The notes under the pieces are model-generated. The model had not been told where the DNA came from. It saw only the letters and a program-made list of their open reading frames with translations, and did no database searches. From an uncultured Bacilli bacterium (GTDB lineage: Bacteria > Bacillota_I > Bacilli_A > RF39 > UBA660), in assembly GCA_944371315.1 (NCBI GenBank), contig CALVXN010000004.1, positions 1 through 45,049 on the forward strand: a stretch of 45,049 nt of DNA, in the 5' to 3' direction. A program made the translations under genes and the position numbers. Numbering within the stretch: the first letter of the stretch is position 1; every line of letters begins with the position of its first letter. Below are positions 6,605-14,405 of this stretch, piece after piece.

Positions 6605-9600
6605 ATGGAACAAATATTTTGGGATAACTTCAAAAATACAGATAAATTATTAATTTTAGATTATGTAGGTAGACTGCCACTGATATACCAAAAAGCATTA
6701 CAAGATTGCTATGGTGAAGATTACAATGAATTATTAAAAAGGGGAGTTAAACTTACTGATGCCAAAAAAGCTATAAAAAAAATTAATTATTTAATTAACA
6801 ATCCTAATTATTATGTGCGTGCAACAAATTATAATCCAGCTAAAAATTTAAATGGAGAAATAAAGGTATTTAGTGGTAAACAAAAAAAAGTTTATTTAAA
6901 AGAAAAATTAAACTGTGATGAAAACACTATAAAAAGAATATCGATTATTTTCAGATTAAATCCAGAATTTAAAATTTTATATAAATATTTCGGTATAAAT
7001 TTAGACGAAAGTATTGACGAATTTGAATTATCAAGAGAAGATTATGAAACATTAAAAAAACTTTATAAGAATCTTAATGATTTTATAAGTAATAAATCAA
7101 TTTTAATAAGAAACATTTTAGGTTTAACATATAGTGAATTTGTATCTTATTTTGAAAAAGAATTAACGATAAATCCCAAGTTAAAAAAAATAAAACTGCT
7201 ATGTAAAAAGAACATAATTACTGAGCCTATAAACTTATTGGATATAGATGATAAAACATTTTTAAGTATAATTAAATGTATTTATTGTTTAAAACCAAAT
7301 ATATTAGTGAATCAAATACTTGCAAATAATAAATTTAATATTACATTACAAGAGTTCTTAGATGCAAATGAAAAAGAAATGGATTTTATATTAGAAAAAA
7401 ATAAAAATACTGATGTAGGTAACACTTTAAAAAATTTATGGCAAGACGATTACACAAAATTATGTATTGATAAAAATAATGATTCTATAAACGAATTAGT
7501 AACAATATTAAATGTTTTAATTAATGATTTATTTTCATATAGATATTTAATTAAAGTTAAAACATTACAAGAAATATTGGAAGCAACAGAAGAAGAAATA
7601 GATTTTTTAAAAAATAATTTATCAAAAGAAACATCTTCATATAAAATTATTTCAAAAGTATTTGGAAGTAACTTTAGAGGAACAAATGAGTTGAGATATA
7701 TGTTGCATGGCAAAGATAATGAAGCATATCATAATGCATTATTAAATTTGAAATTAAAACTAAGTAATTATAGAAATGGAAAATCTAGAAAATTTAAAAC
7801 ATTACAAGAATTATTAGGGGCATCAGAAGAAGAAATAGATTTTTTAAAAAAATATATTAATGATAATTATGAAAAATTTGCTATTATTATTAAAGTCTTT
7901 GGGAAAGAATTAAATGGGATAAATGAATTTTATAAATATTTAAGCGCCGAAGAAAAAGTAGCATATTCTGAAAAAATTCATATTTTAAGAATAAATTTAC
8001 AAAAGTTTAGAACAGGAAAATTACATGAATATAAAAAATTAAAAGATATATTAAATGTATCAGAAGAAGAAATAGAACACATAAAAAAATACTATCCTAA
8101 AACAACAAAAGGCTATCAAATTTTATTAAAAGTATTTGGAGAAAATTTGGATAATGATGACTCATTATATTGTAATTTATTAGAAAAAGAAAAAAATTTA
8201 TATCGATATACATTGCAAGCTTTAAATAGGTTTTTAAAAGATGGCATTAAAAAATATAAAACTTTACAAGAAATACTTGAAGCAACAGAAGAAGAAATGG
8301 AATTTTTAAAACAAAAATATCCTAAAAATACAAAAAATTATATTTTGCTTATAAAAGTATTTGGAAATAATTTTGAAAATTCAAATTATAATTATGACAA
8401 ACTAAATGGGGACGAAAAGAAAAAATACAGAAGTGCTTTAAAATCAATAAGGAAATTTTTAGAAAAACATAGAAAAAATTTAATAAAAAATGGTAAAACA
8501 TTAGCCGAAATAATAAAAATATCACCAGAAGAAATTGAATATATAAAACAACAATATCCTAAAAATACAAAAAACTATAAAATTATAGTTAAGGTATTTG
8601 GCATAGAATTAAAGGACACAAATGAAAAATTAAATTGTTTAACCAACGAAGAAAGAAAAACCTACTATAACGCTCTAAATTGCTTAAAAAGATTTATTAA
8701 AAGAAGTGAAACAAAGTGTAAACCTAAAACTTTACAAGAGTTATTAAAAGCAACAGAAAAAGAAATAGATTTTTTAAATAAAAAAATATCTAAAAAAACA
8801 AAGACTTATACTATATTATCAAAAGTATTTGGTAATGATTTTAAAAAAACAAATAAATGTTATGATAGTTTAACAACACTAGAAAAAAGAACTTTTTCAC
8901 AGACAATAATAAGATTAAAAAGCCTTTTAGAAAAATACAGAGAAACAAAGAAATTTGATTTTAAAACACTTTCCCAAATATTAGGCGCGACAAAAGAAGA
9001 AATAGAATTTTTGATGGATGAAGCAGATAAAAGTTCAAAAATTTACAAAGTGATTTTAAAAGTATTTGGAGAGGATTTTGAAGGAACTAACGAAAAGAAG
9101 TTTTTATTAAATAATGAAGAAAAAAAGACATATAATAATGCAATATCATCATTAAAAGCTAGATTAAAAAATTATAGGAAAAATAAAAATATTAAATATA
9201 AAACTTTACAAGAAATACTTGAAGCAACAGAAGAAGAAATAGACTTTTTAAGTGAAATTACTCCTAAAAAAACTAAAAATTATGTTGTTCTTGTTAAAGT
9301 TTTTGGAGAAAGTTTTAAAGGAACAAATGAACTATATGAACAACTAGCTGATGAAGAGAAGGTAACTTATTTTGCAGCAATAAAATCATTATCAGTAAGG
9401 CTAAAAAAATATCGTGACAATGGAAAAGATTATAAAACCTTGCAAGAAATACTAAATGCAACAGATGAAGAAATGAATTATTTAAGTAAAATTTACCCTC
9501 AAAATACAAGAAGTTATCAATTTTTGGTAAGTATGTTTGGAATAGATTTTAGAAATATAGGAAATTTGAGTAAATTATCTAGTGAAGCAAATATGTTGTT

Positions 9601-10012
9601 AAATGATACGATAGCAATATTACAAACATATTTATGTATGCAAAGAGAAAATACGAAAGATGGAAATTTACAACAAATCGAAACAGAAGGCCCTGTTGAA
9701 ATTTTAACAAGTAAAGAATATACAACGGTGGAAACACCATTTAAACATCCATTTTTTAAAGAATTTTTAATATTACTACCTATTGAATATCAATATATTA
9801 CAGCATTAAGATTAGGTTTAGTATATGATGGAAAAATTCATTCCATTGAAGAATTAGCGGAAATATTTAATATTGATATTGAAACTGCAAGAGAAAGATG
9901 TTCAAAAGGAATAAACATATTTATATTAATAATTGAAAGATATAAAGAATTGTATAATCAAAACGTCCCAAATATTGATGCACTAATAGAAAACATAAAA
10001 TTAGTTTTATAG
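6605..10012 (+). CDS. Giant repeat protein (1135 aa) with no sigma domain: FWDNF cap, about 12-13 copies of the ~78-aa helical repeat, and a C-terminal sigma4/YlxM-like HTH
   Basis: Uninterrupted ORF. ATG 6605 is preceded by a GAAAGGA RBS. The track TTG start at 6578 would lie at the predicted transcription start. Repeats and the C-terminal domain are paralogous to the ORFs at 10025 and 14406. Confidence 0.85.
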   Translation: MEQIFWDNFKNTDKLLILDYVGRLPLIYQKALQDCYGEDYNELLKRGVKLTDAKKAIKKINYLINNPNYYVRATNYNPAKNLNGEIKVFSGKQKKVYLKEKLNCDENTIKRISIIFRLNPEFKILYKYFGINLDESIDEFELSREDYETLKKLYKNLNDFISNKSILIRNILGLTYSEFVSYFEKELTINPKLKKIKLLCKKNIITEPINLLDIDDKTFLSIIKCIYCLKPNILVNQILANNKFNITLQEFLDANEKEMDFILEKNKNTDVGNTLKNLWQDDYTKLCIDKNNDSINELVTILNVLINDLFSYRYLIKVKTLQEILEATEEEIDFLKNNLSKETSSYKIISKVFGSNFRGTNELRYMLHGKDNEAYHNALLNLKLKLSNYRNGKSRKFKTLQELLGASEEEIDFLKKYINDNYEKFAIIIKVFGKELNGINEFYKYLSAEEKVAYSEKIHILRINLQKFRTGKLHEYKKLKDILNVSEEEIEHIKKYYPKTTKGYQILLKVFGENLDNDDSLYCNLLEKEKNLYRYTLQALNRFLKDGIKKYKTLQEILEATEEEMEFLKQKYPKNTKNYILLIKVFGNNFENSNYNYDKLNGDEKKKYRSALKSIRKFLEKHRKNLIKNGKTLAEIIKISPEEIEYIKQQYPKNTKNYKIIVKVFGIELKDTNEKLNCLTNEERKTYYNALNCLKRFIKRSETKCKPKTLQELLKATEKEIDFLNKKISKKTKTYTILSKVFGNDFKKTNKCYDSLTTLEKRTFSQTIIRLKSLLEKYRETKKFDFKTLSQILGATKEEIEFLMDEADKSSKIYKVILKVFGEDFEGTNEKKFLLNNEEKKTYNNAISSLKARLKNYRKNKNIKYKTLQEILEATEEEIDFLSEITPKKTKNYVVLVKVFGESFKGTNELYEQLADEEKVTYFAAIKSLSVRLKKYRDNGKDYKTLQEILNATDEEMNYLSKIYPQNTRSYQFLVSMFGIDFRNIGNLSKLSSEANMLLNDTIAILQTYLCMQRENTKDGNLQQIETEGPVEILTSKEYTTVETPFKHPFFKEFLILLPIEYQYITALRLGLVYDGKIHSIEELAEIFNIDIETARERCSKGINIFILIIERYKELYNQNVPNIDALIENIKLVL
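7559..9667 (+). repeat. Nine well-conserved in-frame tandem coding repeats (mean 78.1 aa, about 234 nt)
   Basis: Anchors [18 protein letters not shown]...YxILxKVFGxxFxGTN...LxxEEKxxYxxAIxxLKxxLKxYR recur at about 7559, 7796, 8036, 8259, 8497, 8727, 8966, 9201 and 9436. Three or four degenerate copies lie upstream (about 6890-7558). Confidence 0.9.
8252..8298 (+). repeat. 47-nt exact direct repeat (partner at 9194-9240)
   Basis: AAATATAAAACTTTACAAGAAATACTTGAAGCAACAGAAGAAGAAAT occurs twice, 942 nt (314 codons) apart and in frame. Confidence 0.9.
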
Positions 10013-10024
10013 AAAGGAGGATAA

Positions 10025-13000
10025 ATGAAAAATAGTATTTTATTATATCAGCTTATGCAAGAATATGGTTTTTATAATAAATCAAGTGAATTTTATATTG
10101 AAATTATAAAAAAATATGAAATAAATGGCGAAGTTAATAGACAAGACATAATAAAAATTAGAGAAAGTATATTAAAAAAAATAAAATGGGATATAAAAAA
10201 TTTAAATATTGATTGGCTGATAAATTTGTTCTTAAAAGTTAAAACATTAAGCGATTTATCAAAGCTATTAAATTTATTAAATAAATATACTATAGTTTTA
10301 GATTTTAGTTTAATTGAAAGTTTAATAAATAATAATTCGCAAGTTGATGCTTTAATATTTAGTTTTTTAAAAAAAGGAAAAAATATAACAATTTCATATA
10401 TAGATAGAATTAGTGATAATGAGTTAGTAACTGAACTTTTAATTGCCTATGCAACTATAAAAAATATCTTAATAAATGAATCAGAAAGAGAAGCAAACGA
10501 ATATTATGAAAATGCCCCCCAAAATTTTAAAATTGATGATTCAATAGGCATGTATTTAAAAGAAATAGGTAGTATACCATTATTATCAAAAGAAGAAGAA
10601 CTTGAATTGTTTAAAAAGATAGAAATGGGTAGTAAACAAGCAAAAGATAGAGTAATTGAAGCAAATTTACGTCTAGCAGCTTCTATTGCCAAAAAATATT
10701 TGAACAAAGGTTTAGGGCTACAAGACCTTATTCAAGAAGGAAATATAGGGATTATGAAGGCAGTAGAAAGGTTTGATTATAAGAAGGGATACAAATTTTC
10801 TACTTATGCTACCTGGTGGATTAGACAAACTATTACAAGGGCAATAAGTGAACAATCTAGACCCATTAGAGTGCCAGTTTATATGGATGAAAATATAAAA
10901 AATTTACATATAGCGAAAAATAATTTATCAATTAAGCTAAATAGAGAACCAACTATTGAGGAAATTGCCGAAGTATTAAATATGACACCAGATAAAGTAT
11001 TAGAAATAATTAGATTTGACACAGAAACATCAACAGCATCATTAAATGCTACAGTTGGTGATGAAGATGATTCAGAGCTAGGGAATTTCATTGAAGATAC
11101 TTTTTTTGAATCTCCAACAAAAACTTTTGAACAAAAAGATTTACGTATTAGGTTAAATGAGATAATTAATGAATTAGATGAAAGAGAAAAATCAGTTATA
11201 ATGTATAGATTTGGTTTAATAGATGGAAAACCTTATACACTTGAAGAAATAGGTAGAATATTAAATGTTACAAGGGAAAGAATTAGACAAATTGAAAAAA
11301 AAGCTTTAAGAAAATTAGGTAACCCTGTAAGAGCTAAAAAAATAGAAGATTATTATGAATCTAATGATATTGATTATACAATAGCAAAAGGATTTTGGAA
11401 TAATTTCATACATTATACAAAAGATATTATATTTTTAATAATTGATAATGATCTTAAAAAAGATTTAAAAAGCGCATTGTATAAAGTTTTTGGAAAAGAT
11501 TTATCAAAAGTAAAAATTAAAAATTCAAGTGAAACAGCAAAAGCAATTGAAGCAATAGAAGCAATTAAAACAATTTTAAAAACAAAAGATAAAAGCCAGT
11601 ATGAAATAACTTTACAAGAATATTTAAAAGCAACCGATGAAGAATATGAAAATTTAAAAAAGATTATTATATGTTCTTCTTACTGTGAAATATTATCAGA
11701 ATTATTTGGTAGTAATTTTGATCAACCAAAATCAGGTATAATAGCATCGCCAAGTAATGAGGCAACTTATTATAATATTGCATTTTGTTATTTAAAAAAT
11801 TGTTTAAATAAACGATGCGAAGTTCTACCTGAATTTAGATTAGGAACGCTACAGGAGATACTTAATGCAAACAAAGAAGAAATAAAATATTTAAAAGATA
11901 GCGTATTAAGTAAAACGGCTAACCGTTCTATAATAATAAAAGTTTTTGGAAATAACTTAGATCAAATAAATTCAGGTTATTATGAATTAGAATATAGTGA
12001 AAAAAATAAATATTTTAAATCTATTTCGTATTTAAAAAAAGAATTAACTAATTACAGAAAATTAAATTCAAGTAATAATATAACTTTGCAAGAAATACTA
12101 AATGCAACTGATGAAGAAATGTTATTTATAAAATGTAAAATTATAAATGATTCTTATTTTCAAATAATATTAAGAGTTTTTGGAAATGAATTAAACCAAA
12201 CAAATAAAAGCTTTAATGAATTAAGCGAAGAAGAAAAAATAGAATATAATAAATGTATAAGAAGTTTAAAAGACAAAATACGAGGATTTAGAGTATTTAA
12301 CAATAATAGAAGAAATTTGCAAAAGTATTTAAACGCATCTGATGAAGAAATGGTTTATTTAAATCAAACGTATATAGCTTCAGCAAAATTAAAAAATATT
12401 ATCTATGGAATATATGGTGAAAATTTAAACGAATTTAACGTTTATTTTTACGCTAGCTTATCTGATAAAGAGTTATTTAATTATAGTTCATTTATAACAA
12501 ATTTGCAAAAAAAATTAGAAAAACATCGCCATGAGCAAAAAGATTGTAAAACTATTCAAGAACTTTTAGAACTATCAAATGAAGAATTAGAATTAATTAG
12601 ACTTTATTATATAAATAAATCAGATAGATACCAAATATTAATAGAAGTATTCGGAGAAAATTTAGACCAAACAAATAAAATAGTTTGTTCATTTAATAAT
12701 CATAAAAATCAAACCTATAATAACGCTTTAAATGATTTAAGAAAAACAATAAAAATGCACAGGTTAATAGTAGGGGTTGGAAAAGCTATTTTTGAAATTT
12801 TAAATATGTCAATTGACGAATTTAATTTGATTAAACAAAACTTTTCACAAAATTTTGCAAATTTTAATGTTTTAATAAAAGTATTTGGGGATAATTTTGA
12901 TAAAACTGATGAAAACTATCATAATTTATCAATTGAAGAAAAAGTAGAATATATTAAAGCATTAGAAGAGTTTACTAAGTGTTTGATATCTGTTAGAACA

Positions 13001-13630
13001 TACAAAACTAAACATCAAACATTACAAGAAATACTGGAAGCTACAGAAGAAGAAATAGCATTTATAAAAGATAATTATCCACAAAATACAAAAAATTATG
13101 ATATTTTAGTCAAAGTCTTTGGCATAGATTTCACAAATAATAATTATATTTTAACTGAATTAAATGATTTTGAGAAAGATCAATATTACCGAGCAATAGA
13201 TTGTTTAAGAAAATATTTAAAAAATTATAGGAAAGGTAAAAATAAATTACCTAAAAAAGAAGAGTTAAAATTACCAAATGATACTACTAAAATAGATAAA
13301 CAAGATGACATAGAATATTTAGATGCAATACCTGATATAAATTTAAATGAAATTAAAACACCTTTTACGCATCCATATTTTCAAGAATTTATTAATATTT
13401 TACCAGAAGAGTATCGTATTATAACTGCTAAAAGAATGGGATTAAGTGATGGTTGCATCCATTCTTTAACAAGCCTAGCAAAAGAATTTAAAATAAGTCC
13501 ACAAGAGGTATATACCAAATGCGAAAATGGCATAGCATTATTTATATTAATAGTTAAAACTTACCAAACCACATTTAATAAAGAATTACCAATTTTAGAT
13601 TTAGATATGTTATTAAAACGTCTTATATAA
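10025..13630 (+). CDS. Primary-like (RpoD/SigA-type) sigma-70 factor fused to a novel N-terminal domain, 7 helical repeats and a C-terminal HTH (1201 aa)
   Basis: aa 171-444 (10535-11356) carry regions 1.2-4.2: [81 protein letters not shown] and [39 protein letters not shown] sits 12 nt after the stop of the upstream ORF. Confidence 0.9.
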   Translation: MKNSILLYQLMQEYGFYNKSSEFYIEIIKKYEINGEVNRQDIIKIRESILKKIKWDIKNLNIDWLINLFLKVKTLSDLSKLLNLLNKYTIVLDFSLIESLINNNSQVDALIFSFLKKGKNITISYIDRISDNELVTELLIAYATIKNILINESEREANEYYENAPQNFKIDDSIGMYLKEIGSIPLLSKEEELELFKKIEMGSKQAKDRVIEANLRLAASIAKKYLNKGLGLQDLIQEGNIGIMKAVERFDYKKGYKFSTYATWWIRQTITRAISEQSRPIRVPVYMDENIKNLHIAKNNLSIKLNREPTIEEIAEVLNMTPDKVLEIIRFDTETSTASLNATVGDEDDSELGNFIEDTFFESPTKTFEQKDLRIRLNEIINELDEREKSVIMYRFGLIDGKPYTLEEIGRILNVTRERIRQIEKKALRKLGNPVRAKKIEDYYESNDIDYTIAKGFWNNFIHYTKDIIFLIIDNDLKKDLKSALYKVFGKDLSKVKIKNSSETAKAIEAIEAIKTILKTKDKSQYEITLQEYLKATDEEYENLKKIIICSSYCEILSELFGSNFDQPKSGIIASPSNEATYYNIAFCYLKNCLNKRCEVLPEFRLGTLQEILNANKEEIKYLKDSVLSKTANRSIIIKVFGNNLDQINSGYYELEYSEKNKYFKSISYLKKELTNYRKLNSSNNITLQEILNATDEEMLFIKCKIINDSYFQIILRVFGNELNQTNKSFNELSEEEKIEYNKCIRSLKDKIRGFRVFNNNRRNLQKYLNASDEEMVYLNQTYIASAKLKNIIYGIYGENLNEFNVYFYASLSDKELFNYSSFITNLQKKLEKHRHEQKDCKTIQELLELSNEELELIRLYYINKSDRYQILIEVFGENLDQTNKIVCSFNNHKNQTYNNALNDLRKTIKMHRLIVGVGKAIFEILNMSIDEFNLIKQNFSQNFANFNVLIKVFGDNFDKTDENYHNLSIEEKVEYIKALEEFTKCLISVRTYKTKHQTLQEILEATEEEIAFIKDNYPQNTKNYDILVKVFGIDFTNNNYILTELNDFEKDQYYRAIDCLRKYLKNYRKGKNKLPKKEELKLPNDTTKIDKQDDIEYLDAIPDINLNEIKTPFTHPYFQEFINILPEEYRIITAKRMGLSDGCIHSLTSLAKEFKISPQEVYTKCENGIALFILIVKTYQTTFNKELPILDLDMLLKRLI
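11606..13246 (+). repeat. Seven in-frame ~78-aa tandem coding repeats of the same family
   Basis: Anchors xTLQE[IY]Lx A[TS][DE]EE occur at about 11606, 11846, 12081, 12313, 12550, 12787 and 13018. A 23-nt exact match TTGCAAGAAATACTAAATGCAAC is shared with the 6605 ORF (about 9438 and about 12087). Confidence 0.85.
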
Positions 13631-13633
13631 AAA

Positions 13634-14332
13634 TTAAATATTTTTGTTTTTAATAAATTCAGTGAGCATTTTAGTAAGTGCTCTTTTTTCAATTCTAGAA
13701 ACATAACTTCTAGATATTTTTAACTCTTTTGCTATTTCTTTTTGCGTCATTTCCTTAGTGTTAAATAATCCATATCTTTTAACAATAATTTCTTTTTCAC
13801 GATCATTTAAAAGTTTTAGATATTTATTTAATAAATTAATATTGTTTTTAATTTCAAGTTGATCAAATAAATCTTTATCCTTATCTTTTATTACATCTAT
13901 TAAACTTATTTCATTTCCATCTTTATCATAACCAATAGCATCATTTAAACTAACAGTAACATTAACATGTTTATTAGCTCTAAAATGCATTAATAATTCA
14001 TTTTGAATACATCTAGCAGCATAAGTAGTAATTTTTGTTTTTTTATCATTATTATATGTATCAATTCCTTTAATAAGACCAATAGTTCCAATACTTATTA
14101 AATCATCAGTATCAACATCTTTGGTATCAAACTTTTTAACTATATGTGCAACCAAACGTAAATTATGCTCAATAAGTTTATTGCGAGCATTTTTATCTCC
14201 ATTTAACATGTCATTTATACATTTTTCTTCTTCTATAGCATTAAGTGGTTCAGGAAAAACATTATTAGAATAACTTCCTGTAAAAAACAACATATCTTTA
14301 ATAATATTTAACAAATTAAATAACATAAACAC
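13634..14332 (-). CDS. sigK: Sporulation sigma factor K precursor (pro-sigma-K), uninterrupted
   Basis: LIEHNLRLVAHIVKKF, DLISIGTIGLIKGI, TYAARCIQNELLMH, VSLNDAIGYDKDGNEISLIDV and ISRSYVSRIEKRAL match B. subtilis SigK rather than SigE. The hydrophobic N-terminal pro-sequence ends ...FFTGS / YSNNVFPEPL. AGGGGTG RBS upstream. Confidence 0.9.
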   Translation of the reverse strand: MFMLFNLLNIIKDMLFFTGSYSNNVFPEPLNAIEEEKCINDMLNGDKNARNKLIEHNLRLVAHIVKKFDTKDVDTDDLISIGTIGLIKGIDTYNNDKKTKITTYAARCIQNELLMHFRANKHVNVTVSLNDAIGYDKDGNEISLIDVIKDKDKDLFDQLEIKNNINLLNKYLKLLNDREKEIIVKRYGLFNTKEMTQKEIAKELKISRSYVSRIEKRALTKMLTEFIKNKNI

Positions 14333-14350
14333 CCCTATACTTTATTTTAT

Positions 14351-14378
14351 TTGCAATTTTTAAATAATATGTTAAAAT
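14351..14378 (+). promoter_or_regulatory. Extended -10 sigma-A-type promoter for the 775-aa sigma-repeat gene
   Basis: TTGCAA (14351-14356), 16-nt spacer ending in TGT, TAAAAT (14373-14378). It lies in the 73-nt divergent region shared with sigK. Confidence 0.5.
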
Positions 14379-14405
14379 ATATAACTATTACTGGGGGAAT
14401 TAATA

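Noticed and set aside
6605-10012. The repeat-only ORF as a 5'-truncated pseudogene of a sigma fusion.
   Set aside because: It is a 3.4-kb uninterrupted frame with its own promoter-like element and RBS, and it has the best-conserved repeats of the three genes. Only 109 nt lie upstream, with no sigma-like remnant. Decay is not excluded without comparative data.
7559-13246. Regularly spaced ~235-nt DNA periodicity, considered as a possible CRISPR-like or other non-coding repeat array.
   Set aside because: The periodicity is in frame within long intact ORFs. The units are far longer than CRISPR repeat-spacer units, there are no short identical repeats separated by unique spacers, and no cas genes are present.
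13634-14332. Possible skin-type intervening element or split sigK.
   Set aside because: The ORF is continuous from the pro-sequence through region 4.2, and no recombinase gene is nearby.
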